Source of the DNA: Betaproteobacteria bacterium
Lineage (GTDB): Bacteria; Pseudomonadota; Gammaproteobacteria; Burkholderiales; Burkholderiaceae_C
Direction: 5' to 3'
DNA length: 64,000 nt
Assembly: GCA_013289985.1 (NCBI GenBank)
Contig: JABCYW010000001.1
Span: 79,772 to 143,771 of the forward strand
Shown: in pieces, positions 12,045 through 19,578 of the stretch
Layout: each line of letters starts with the position of its first letter
Position numbering within the stretch: the first letter of the stretch is position 1
Notes under the pieces: generated by a model
Databases searched by the model: none
The model's input: only the letters and a program-made list of their open reading frames with translations
Told to the model about the DNA's origin: nothing
Made by a program: the position numbers and the translations under genes

Positions 12045-12322
12045 GCCCTGCTCCTCTTCTTCTTTGCCGCGAAGTCTCCCACACCAGCGACTGCAGCGCA
12101 CGAAGCTCATTGCCTGCGCCGCCATCGTCCTGCTCTCTGCTCACGTCCAGGCATACGTTTTCATTTTGCTGCGAGCGGCAGACCTCATTCCGCGCTCATT
12201 GATACAGCCACCCCTATTTCGGGTGGTTGCGCGAAGCGCCCGGCATCGGCCCAATGATCGGTCGCGCGCCACTTCAGCATTGAATTGCGTAGCCCGTCCA
12301 CCTACACGGTACTGACCGCCAC

Positions 12323-12817
12323 ATGTCGAACGTTCTCAAGGACATCTACAAGTCCAAGGGTAAGCTGGAAAACTACTTTGACGACAAAACGCCAGTTGCT
12401 CTCTGGCGTGGTCAAAAGCGAGATCTGATCAAGAAAAAGCGGGGGGGCCTCTACCCTGAGCTTACCGGCTTCGTGCGTGGCGACGGAACGTTTCGCATTC
12501 CCGACGTCGATGTCTTCGAGCGCGAGAGCGACGGCGTCACGATGGTCCGCGGTTGTCGGTGTGTTGCAGGCGAAGGCGACTACCGCGGTGTGTCGACGTT
12601 CGACGTCATGCCTGATCTTGGCAAATCATTCATGTACTTCCGTATCCCGGGTGGCACGGCAATCCCGGAAGCGCTTGCGGTGACCAAGGACACGTTCAAC
12701 CGACGCTTCGGTGGTTACCATTACACCGTTGCGCCGAAAGACGACATGCCGTTGAGCCTCTTCCTTGTCTGGCTGGGTGCGATCGAGGCGAGCCTGAAGG
12801 CTGAAGGAGGCAAGTGA
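12323..12817 (+). CDS. Hypothetical 164-aa protein, candidate toxin/effector of a two-gene module
   Basis: An ORF in the lower-GC block with no confidently recognised domain. It contains FERES and GGYHYTVAPKDD motifs. Its stop overlaps the start of the following 87-aa ORF as ATGA. Confidence 0.5.
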   Translation: MSNVLKDIYKSKGKLENYFDDKTPVALWRGQKRDLIKKKRGGLYPELTGFVRGDGTFRIPDVDVFERESDGVTMVRGCRCVAGEGDYRGVSTFDVMPDLGKSFMYFRIPGGTAIPEALAVTKDTFNRRFGGYHYTVAPKDDMPLSLFLVWLGAIEASLKAEGGK

Positions 12818-13077
12818 TGACCGAACCGATCCGATTGACCGACCAGGCAGTGATCACCGCTGCCCGGGCCTTGATCATGGAAAACAAGCGCTGTGCGGCG
12901 AAGCTCAAGGACGACTCGCTTTCAGACGAACAGGCCGAGTATTTCGGTGACTACGTCCAGTTGTTGGACGCAGCGATGGGCGAGATCGAGGCGCTCTACG
13001 TCGAGCGTCAGGCGACGAATCGGCACATGGGGTCGTTCGACGCGCTCTACGAGTCGGTCTTGCTCGACAAGGACTGA
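12814..13077 (+). CDS. Hypothetical 87-aa acidic helical protein, candidate immunity/antitoxin partner
   Basis: It has a 4-nt overlap with the upstream ORF. It is small, acidic and predicted all-helical (DEQAEYFGDYVQLLDAAMGEIEALYVERQ), which is typical of cognate immunity proteins. Confidence 0.45.
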   Translation: MMTEPIRLTDQAVITAARALIMENKRCAAKLKDDSLSDEQAEYFGDYVQLLDAAMGEIEALYVERQATNRHMGSFDALYESVLLDKD

Positions 13078-13113
13078 TGCGGGTCAGCCTGTTTTTCCGC
13101 AAGCCCGATCCGA

Positions 13114-13150
13114 GCGCCCTGGGCTCGACGGAGGGCGCGGCGGGATATTT
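13114..13150 (+). terminator. Candidate intrinsic terminator after the two-gene module
   Basis: Inverted repeat GCGCCCT-(11 nt)-AGGGCGC at 13114-13138 is followed by the AT-rich stretch gggatatttcattta. Confidence 0.3.
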
Positions 13151-13280
13151 CATTTATCGTGTCACACCCGTCGGAACCTGTCAGTAATCGTGTCACTTCT
13201 CTTGGACAGGCGTGACACGGAAAGTGAAAAAGGCGAGCAAAATCAATGGTGTTCATTTCACTTTTCGTGTCACCCGACAT
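13147..13280. repeat. Array of four CGTGTCAC-core repeats (three direct, one inverted) with interleaved inverted repeats, in an AT-richer non-coding stretch
   Basis: tcgtgtcac at 13157-65, 13188-96 and 13265-73; gtgacacg at 13212-19. Repeats 1 and 3 share an extended TTCATTT..TCGTGTCACMCCCG context. Interleaved inverted pairs cctgtc/gacagg and cgtgtcac/gtgacacg follow an A-B-A'-B' arrangement. Confidence 0.5.
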
Positions 13281-13294
13281 GAGTTGTACGCCGC

Positions 13295-13367
13295 GTAGGG
13301 CGCCAGAGTAAATGCGACTCGCGCCACAGTTCTGCGACTGAACGGCGCTAGTTGGTGCGACTACCGG
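13295..13367. repeat. Right copy of the about 73-bp imperfect direct repeat (TGCGACT units)
   Basis: gtagggcgccagagtaaatgcgactcgcgccacagttctgcgactgaacggcgctagttggtgcgactaccgg. It aligns with 10117-10190 and ends 1 nt before the ATG at 13368. Confidence 0.45.
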
Positions 13368-13577
13368 ATGTCGCGAATCCTTCCCAGACACTGGCTCGCG
13401 CTGGCTCAAAAGTCTGGCGTCCCCGACTTGGCGCAGTCGATGGTTCTGCTCGCAAAGGGCGTCGAGACTGCGCTGGAAGTTGCGAAGGAGATGTTGCCCG
13501 AAGGCTTTCCGGATCTTCTCTGGCACTCCATCGCGACCGGCACAAGTCGCCAGGCAAAGACTTTCTTGGCCGCGTAG
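13368..13577 (+). CDS. Possible small helical protein of 69 aa, low confidence
   Basis: The ORF starts immediately after the right repeat block and has a helical composition. There is no domain support, and the competing ORF 13352-14263 in another frame looks spurious. Confidence 0.25.
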   Translation: MSRILPRHWLALAQKSGVPDLAQSMVLLAKGVETALEVAKEMLPEGFPDLLWHSIATGTSRQAKTFLAA

Positions 13578-13607
13578 CTGACGGCGGAGGAAGTCACCAA
13601 GCAGGAT

Positions 13608-14231
13608 TTGATATCCATGCCGTCCATTCTGACAATCATTCGCGCAAGCCTCTCGGCGTTGGCCCTCGCTGCCATCGGTGCGCAACTGGTGCTGCACGTT
13701 GGCGCGTCGCACAGCGTTCTGAACTTCTTCAGCTATTTCACGAATCTCTCCAACCTGGTCGCCGCGTCGGTCTTGCTCCTTTGCGCGTTCGACGTGGGGT
13801 CAAGCAGCAAGGGATCGATGACGCTGGCGCGATACGTGTCGGCTGTGAACATGGCCGTGGTTGGTCTCGTGTTTGCCGTGCTGCTCCGAAACACGGATTT
13901 CGGGACGCTTCTTCCATGGGTCAACTTCGTCCTCCACTACGTCATGCCCGTCGCTGTCGTCCTGGACTGGCTGGCCGATCCACCGGGGCTGAAGCTGCAC
14001 TCGAACAGCCACTTTCTTCCGCTCCTGTTCCCCGCGTTCTATCTCGTGTATGTCTTGCTGCGCGGCGCTTCGACAGGTTGGTATCCCTATCCGTTTCTGA
14101 ACCCGGCGAACGTTGGTGGCTACGGCGGGGTCGCCGCGTACTCTCTGGGCATCGCCGTCGCAGTCCTTCTGGCGAGTTGGTTGTTGCTCGCAGCTGGCAA
14201 CCGCCGCGCAAGCGCGAAATCGCGCGCCTGA
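13608..14231 (+). CDS. Pr6Pr-family (FAR-17a/AIG1-like) integral membrane protein
   Basis: A 207-aa product with multiple TM helices and conserved Trp/Pro residues (LHYVMPVAVVLDWLADPP, FLPLLFPAFYLVYVLLRG). Its GC content is still somewhat lower than the core genome. Confidence 0.6.
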   Translation: MISMPSILTIIRASLSALALAAIGAQLVLHVGASHSVLNFFSYFTNLSNLVAASVLLLCAFDVGSSSKGSMTLARYVSAVNMAVVGLVFAVLLRNTDFGTLLPWVNFVLHYVMPVAVVLDWLADPPGLKLHSNSHFLPLLFPAFYLVYVLLRGASTGWYPYPFLNPANVGGYGGVAAYSLGIAVAVLLASWLLLAAGNRRASAKSRA

Positions 14232-14334
14232 CCCAGCGGCGCATGAACGTACCTTCTTTCTGAACCCGTCGTTCATCAGCCTTCTGAAGCAGGATTGAAC
14301 GGCGCCCGGCATGTGTCGGGAATGTCCGCGGCAC

Positions 14335-15060
14335 TCAGGCCGGCTGGCCTTCGATGAAGGACTGCATGTAGCGCGCGACGTCCAGCCCGGCGTGCGGCAG
14401 CGCCAGGTCGGCGCGCACGCGCTCGCGGCGGTCGTCGCTCACCGACTCGGGGCGTTTCTGCAGGATCCACGCGCTGTAGTCCGGCACGAACTCCGGGTGC
14501 GGCTGGATGCAGAACACGCGGTCGTCGACGCTGTAGGCGGCGATGGGGCAGAACGCGCTGCGGGCCTGCAGCGTGGCGCCCACGGGCAGGCTCTGGACCT
14601 GGTCCTGGTGCGAGGCCAGCAACGACAGCGTCGCGTCCGCCGCGTCCTGCTTCAAGGGCCTGGCGCCGACCCATTCGTAGTCCATGCGGCCCATGCCCCA
14701 GCCGTTGGGCGCGCGGCCCACCTGCGCGCCGAGGCAGTACGCGATGAGCTGGTGGCCGAAGCAGATGCCCAGCAGCTTCTTGCGCTGCTTCAGCAGCTCG
14801 GTGACGTGCTCGCGCAGCGTCTTCACCCAGGGTTCGTCGGAGAACGAATCGGCCTTGCTGCCGGTGAGCAGCACGGCGTCGTACGGGTCGAACGAGGCGG
14901 GGTACTCGCCGCGCGTGGTGTTGAAGCGTTCGAACCGCCAGGGCACGCCGGCGGCCGCGAACATCGTCTCGGTCATGGCGCCGTAGCTGACGTAGGTGTC
15001 GACCACGGCCGGGTCGAGGTTGTCGTTGTCGAGGATGCAGATCTTCAGGGGCGAATTCAT
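14335..15060 (-). CDS. class I glutamine amidotransferase-like protein
   Basis: Starts at the Met of MNSPLKICILDNDNLDP. GATase1 catalytic region LLGICFGHQLIA (Cys in the GICFGHQ motif). The ORF-track N-terminal extension was rejected. Confidence 0.8.
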   Translation of the reverse strand: MNSPLKICILDNDNLDPAVVDTYVSYGAMTETMFAAAGVPWRFERFNTTRGEYPASFDPYDAVLLTGSKADSFSDEPWVKTLREHVTELLKQRKKLLGICFGHQLIAYCLGAQVGRAPNGWGMGRMDYEWVGARPLKQDAADATLSLLASHQDQVQSLPVGATLQARSAFCPIAAYSVDDRVFCIQPHPEFVPDYSAWILQKRPESVSDDRRERVRADLALPHAGLDVARYMQSFIEGQPA

Positions 15061-15080
15061 GCCGGAATGGTAAGCCGGCT

Positions 15081-16211
15081 TCAATGGCCCGATGCGGCGC
15101 TCTTGATCGGCGCCGCGGCATTGCGCTCGAGCCACGCGCGTTGCACCGGGTCGATCAGCATCCAGCCGCGGCCGTCGGTCCTGCGCTCCAGCATCCCCTT
15201 GGCCGCAAGCGCTTCGAGCGCGCGGCTGATGCTGGAGGGCGCGACCCTGGCGCCCAGCTGAGCGGCGGCCCAGACGACGCTGTCGGCGGCGGTCGGCGGC
15301 CTGTCCTCGAACACCAGGCGCAGCGCGACCTGCTGCAGGCCGGTGAGGCCGCGCCAGGTGGCCGACCACTTGTTGGGCGAGTGCTGGCTGAGCATCTCGT
15401 CGAGCGCGCGATCCAGCGTCCAGGCCGGGTTGGCCATCACCAGGCTCACGGCATGCAGGAACGGCTCGGGCTGGGTGCCCAGCTGCTGGAAGGTCTCGTG
15501 GGCCAGCACCTGGTTCAGGTCGCGCCGCGTCGCCTCGTGGAACTTGCGCGCCACGAAGCCGATGAAATCCAGGCCTAGCGGCTCGTAGCCCTCGGTCTTC
15601 GCGAAGCCGTACAGCGGCGTGTTGGTGCGCGAGAACATGTCCAGCAGCTGCACGTCGGACGAGCCGGAGAAGATCGCGCCGATGCGCTTGTCGGCCTGCG
15701 TGAGCGCGGCGCGCAGCGACGCCGAGATCTGCGGGCCGTTCTTCGCCGACGCGATCGACTGGAATTCGTCGAAGACCAGCACCACGTCATGCGTCGTCTC
15801 CTCCAGGATCTGGGTGAGCAGGCTGTCGAGCATCAGCGCGGGCCGGTCCGGCGTCTGGCGCTTCGGCGGATCGCCGAGGTCGATGCTCGCGCCCATCACG
15901 CCCAGCCGCTTCACCGGCGTGCTGCCCGTGCGCTTCATGCCCCGGGGCTGCACGCTGAGGCCTTCCAGCGCCTTCTGCAGCGCGTAGTTGATGCCTTGCA
16001 GCGGGTCGTCCATGTCCATCCAGCAGTCGATGTAGACGGCGATGGCGCCGCGCGACTGCACGTACGGGATGACCTCGTCGCGCAGCAGCGTGGTCTTGCC
16101 GGTCTGGCGCGGGCCGAACATCGCGATGCGCTCGTGCGCGAGCAGGCGCTTGCCCAGCGCGGTGGCCAGCGGCGCGCGGGCGTGGTGCCACGCCTGGGTC
16201 AGGTCGGACAT
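15081..16211 (-). CDS. AAA+ superfamily ATP-binding protein (COG1373-like) with a C-terminal winged helix
   Basis: Walker A GPRQTGKTT, Walker B VLVFDEF, and a C-terminal wHTH-like region. Confidence 0.8.
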   Translation of the reverse strand: MSDLTQAWHHARAPLATALGKRLLAHERIAMFGPRQTGKTTLLRDEVIPYVQSRGAIAVYIDCWMDMDDPLQGINYALQKALEGLSVQPRGMKRTGSTPVKRLGVMGASIDLGDPPKRQTPDRPALMLDSLLTQILEETTHDVVLVFDEFQSIASAKNGPQISASLRAALTQADKRIGAIFSGSSDVQLLDMFSRTNTPLYGFAKTEGYEPLGLDFIGFVARKFHEATRRDLNQVLAHETFQQLGTQPEPFLHAVSLVMANPAWTLDRALDEMLSQHSPNKWSATWRGLTGLQQVALRLVFEDRPPTAADSVVWAAAQLGARVAPSSISRALEALAAKGMLERRTDGRGWMLIDPVQRAWLERNAAAPIKSAASGH

Positions 16212-16458
16212 GGTGGCTTGCGCAAAGTGAATCGATGGCGAATTTTACGCATCGGTGCGTAATTGCGCAAACACGTGGCGATGCCGGGGCATGGCGCGCT
16301 GCGAGGCGCGCCACCGGCACCTTGACCCCTCCCGATTTACCCGCAGTCCGCCGGGCCGGCGCTCCGGTGTAACCACCCGTTCCATTCGTCAATTCGAGTG
16401 AACTGGCCGGTCCTGACGAGCTCTACTTTGGACTGCAGGCCTCGGGTGCCTGCATACT

Positions 16459-18213
16459 GTGAGGATGAGCGAAGATTTCAAGCCCGGGACGAGGCCGCTG
16501 CTGCGGCTGGCCGGGCTCGATGCCGTGCGAGCATTCGTGTCGCGTGCAGAAGAGACGCACGTGATCTGGACCGCCGTCGTCGCATTGATGTTGCGGCTGT
16601 ACCAGGAACCCGATGCCAAGGCCCGACGCGAGTCCGGGCCGACGGACTCGCAGGTGGTCACGGCCCTGCGCGTCGTGCTGGGCGAGAACTTCGGCAGCGA
16701 GGCGGCCGACTACACCTCCTGGGCGCTGGTGCGCTACGGCTGCCGCCAGAAGCCCACCATGAGCGCCCTGCATCCGTGGGAAGGCCTGATGTTCGAGTGG
16801 CAGCAGCGCCGCGCCAGCGCGCCGCGCATCGCCCTGATGCTGCGCGACGGGGGCATGGAAAAGCCGCTCAAGGCCGCGTCGCTCGAGTCCATCGACGGCT
16901 GGGTCACCGACCCGGTGAAGGCGCTTGGCGAGGCCACCGAGATCGTGGAGGCCCTGTTCGGCGAGCGCCTCGTCTCGTACAACCTGCACGACGACGGCAC
17001 CACGCCCGCGCACGACACGCTGTTCGGCGGCCTGGTGGCCTCGCTGCTGCCGCAGGGCCGCCTGCAACAGCTGCGTCAGGCGCTGGTGCGCACCGAGGAC
17101 CGCGCGGTCTGGCGCGTCGAGTATGTGTTCGAGGACGAGACCGCCGTCTTCGAGGCCCCGGCCCGCGGCTCCACGATGGACGTGGACGCCGTGATGGCGG
17201 CCGTCGACGCCCTGATGGAGCGCCTCGGCCGGCCCGAGCGCGTCTACCGCCTGGCCCCGGGCCGCTACAACAACGGCGAGATCGGCGTGTTCGTGCTCGC
17301 CGACTCCGGCAGGTTTCCCGAGATCGCCTGGCGCCTGCGCCTGCCGCTGCTGCGCAGCCCCAGCCTGGCCGACCTGCCGCCGGGCATCGCCACGGCCGCG
17401 CCCGAGCCGCTGCGTGTCGGCGCGCGCCCGATGGCGCCGCGCCCGCCCTCGGTGGTGGCCGCGGCCGCCCGCGAGGCGGCGCAGGACGACGTGGCCGTGG
17501 CCACGGGACCGGGCGCCACGGCGCCGATGTCGCTGCTCGAATCGCAGTTCGTCACCCCGATGCCGGCGCCGTCCGGGCCGGTGGAGCGCGCCGCCGACGC
17601 GACGATGAAGCAGCTGATCAACGCGCTGCGCCGCTCGTTCGGCGCCGGCCGGCTGCTGCAGGGCGGCCGCTGGATGAAGCAGGTGCGCACCGAGCCGCCG
17701 GCGTGGATGACGGCCGGCGGCGACCCCGTGCGCATCTTCTACGAGAAGCAGGAGACGCTGTTCCGCAAGGGCCGCATCGGCTGGGGCGCGCTGGTGCAGG
17801 CCGACGACGGCGTGTTCGCGCGGGGCGAGGACGACCTGCCGGGCGTGCTCGTCTACAGCGAGGACGAATACTTCGACGCCCGCCCGATGGAGCTCGCCGC
17901 CATCGGCGCGCGGCTGCTGGAGTTGAAGTCCGCCGGCGGCGCGTCCGACCTGGCCCGCTTCGCCCAGGGCGTGCGCAACGACACCGGCCGTCCATTGGGC
18001 CTGACGGTGCCCGCGGCGCTCAGCGCCAAGGAGCCGTTCCTGAGCAGCTTCGTGGCGATCCGCGCGCACCTGCCCGACGGCATCCTGGCCGGGGCCTGGT
18101 TCCCGGTGCTGATCCACTCGTCCAGCGTCGTGCCGATGATCGTGCCGTCCACGTTCTGGCCGCCCGCGCTGCTGCAGGCCTGGAACGAGCGGCGCATGGT
18201 GCTCGAGGCCTGA
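16459..18213 (+). CDS. hypothetical protein of 584 aa with no recognisable domain and a central Pro/Ala-rich linker
   Basis: A long ORF with native high GC, divergent from the ATPase gene. No motif was recognised. Confidence 0.55.
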   Translation: MRMSEDFKPGTRPLLRLAGLDAVRAFVSRAEETHVIWTAVVALMLRLYQEPDAKARRESGPTDSQVVTALRVVLGENFGSEAADYTSWALVRYGCRQKPTMSALHPWEGLMFEWQQRRASAPRIALMLRDGGMEKPLKAASLESIDGWVTDPVKALGEATEIVEALFGERLVSYNLHDDGTTPAHDTLFGGLVASLLPQGRLQQLRQALVRTEDRAVWRVEYVFEDETAVFEAPARGSTMDVDAVMAAVDALMERLGRPERVYRLAPGRYNNGEIGVFVLADSGRFPEIAWRLRLPLLRSPSLADLPPGIATAAPEPLRVGARPMAPRPPSVVAAAAREAAQDDVAVATGPGATAPMSLLESQFVTPMPAPSGPVERAADATMKQLINALRRSFGAGRLLQGGRWMKQVRTEPPAWMTAGGDPVRIFYEKQETLFRKGRIGWGALVQADDGVFARGEDDLPGVLVYSEDEYFDARPMELAAIGARLLELKSAGGASDLARFAQGVRNDTGRPLGLTVPAALSAKEPFLSSFVAIRAHLPDGILAGAWFPVLIHSSSVVPMIVPSTFWPPALLQAWNERRMVLEA

Positions 18214-18249
18214 CGCGACGGTTGGGATGCGCGGACGGCATGCGAGAAT

Positions 18250-18816
18250 TTGCCGATGCCCTCCCTCTCCGACGTGGTCCTGCAGACGCCGCGACTGACC
18301 CTGCGCAGCCCGGGGCCCGCCGACGCCGATGCCGTGTTCGCGCTGCGTTCGGATCCCGTCGTGCAACGCTATGGCAGCCATCCGCCCTGGACCGATCGTT
18401 CGGAGGCGATCGCCTGGATCGCGCGCAGCGAGCGCGGCATGGCGGCGGGCGAGCATGCGCAATTCGCCATCGAGCGGCGCGAGGACGGCGCCGTCGTCGG
18501 CACCTGCGTGCTGTACGCCCTCGATACCGCATGCCGGCGCGCGGAGGTCGGCTACGCGCTGCTGGCGCCGGAGTGGGGAAAGGGCTATGCCAACGAGGCC
18601 GTGACGAGCCTGCTGGACTGGGGCTTCGACCACCTCGACCTGAACCGTGTCGAGGCCGACATCGACCCGCGCAACGTGCCGTCGGCGCGCGCGCTGGAGC
18701 GCCTGGGCTTCGTCCGCGAGGGCCACCTGCGCGAGCGCTGGATCGTCGCGGGCGAGGTCAGCGACTCCTGGCTCTACGGGTTGTTGCGCGCGGAATGGAA
18801 GGCGCGCCGCGCCTAG
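18250..18816 (+). CDS. GNAT family N-acetyltransferase (RimJ/RimL-like)
   Basis: LTLRSPGPADADAVFALRSDP...VGTCVLYALDTACRRAEVGYALLAPEWGKGYANEAV is a typical GNAT core. Confidence 0.8.
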   Translation: MPMPSLSDVVLQTPRLTLRSPGPADADAVFALRSDPVVQRYGSHPPWTDRSEAIAWIARSERGMAAGEHAQFAIERREDGAVVGTCVLYALDTACRRAEVGYALLAPEWGKGYANEAVTSLLDWGFDHLDLNRVEADIDPRNVPSARALERLGFVREGHLRERWIVAGEVSDSWLYGLLRAEWKARRA

Positions 18817-19451
18817 TTGGCGCGCGAGATGCTGCCCAGGCCGCCGCCGCGGGTGTTGACCGTCTTCGGGTCGCCGTAGTACGTCAGCGAGCCCACGCCG
18901 CCCACGCTCGCGTCCAGCCGCGTGCCGGCCCACACCTGCACGGAGCCGACGCCGCCCACGTTGACGTCGACGGTGTCGGCGTGCAGGTCGCGCGTGTCGA
19001 TCGATCCGACGCCGCCCACGTTGAGCTTCAGCCTGCGGACGCTGCCGTCGGCCTTGAGGCTGCCGGCGCCGCCGAAGCGCACGTCGAGGCTGTCGCCGCT
19101 CATGTGCGTGATCGTGGTCTCGCCGGCACCGGCCATCGCGAAGGCGGTGAGCTGGGGCACGGTGATCGTCACCCGCACCTCCTCGTGGCGGCCGCCGATG
19201 TTGACGGTGTCGTGGCGCATGTGGACTTTCAGCTCGGTGCCCACCACCTCGGTGAGCAGGTCGCGCACGAGCTCGTCGTCGCCGCTGACCGTGACCGATT
19301 GCGGCTTGCCCACCTCGATGCTCACGCTGACCGCGCCCGAGTTGGAGACCGTGCTGAACGGGCCGACGCTGCGGACCTGTTCGGCGGCGTCCGCATGCAC
19401 CGACGCCAGGGCGGCGGCGATGGCGAGCGAGAGGGTCAGGGCGGTGCGCAT
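18813..19451 (-). CDS. DUF2807 (head GIN domain) secreted protein
   Basis: Signal peptide MRTALTLSLAIAAALASVHA, followed by repeated GG(V/A)GS.. beta-strand units typical of DUF2807. The ORF-track N-terminal extension was rejected. Confidence 0.7.
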   Translation of the reverse strand: MRTALTLSLAIAAALASVHADAAEQVRSVGPFSTVSNSGAVSVSIEVGKPQSVTVSGDDELVRDLLTEVVGTELKVHMRHDTVNIGGRHEEVRVTITVPQLTAFAMAGAGETTITHMSGDSLDVRFGGAGSLKADGSVRRLKLNVGGVGSIDTRDLHADTVDVNVGGVGSVQVWAGTRLDASVGGVGSLTYYGDPKTVNTRGGGLGSISRAN

Positions 19452-19578
19452 CGGTGTCCTCGGTCGTGTCGTTGTCGATGCGATCGATTCTAGGAACGCG
19501 GTTTCGGGCGCTCCAGGGCGCTGCGACGAGCTGCGCCGCGCGTGGCCTGCGATGCGCATGCGCGCGACAAACCGAGGC

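Noticed and set aside
10458-12125. Calling the paralog C-terminal domains HEPN.
   Set aside because: No Rx4-6H motif is present in either paralog. The aligned position reads VRNETIT in one and IHNDAMS in the other.
12323-12817. Assigning the 164-aa protein to the barnase/RNase Sa guanyl-RNase family on the basis of the FERES and YHYTV motifs.
   Set aside because: The spacing between the motifs (about 60 aa) is far longer than in RNase Sa (about 10 aa). The catalytic Glu/Arg/His cannot be aligned by eye. It is kept as unknown.
13352-14263. A 303-aa plus-strand ORF overlapping the Pr6Pr gene.
   Set aside because: It is in a different frame from the well-formed multi-TM Pr6Pr protein. Its translation is Arg/Gly-rich with no hydrophobic segments.
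16398-19559. ORFs of 1031 aa (plus) and 836 aa (minus) over 16.4-19.5 kb, plus various 90-250-aa ORFs.
   Set aside because: They are shadow frames over the 584-aa hypothetical, GNAT and DUF2807 genes, with low-complexity R/A/G/P-rich composition.
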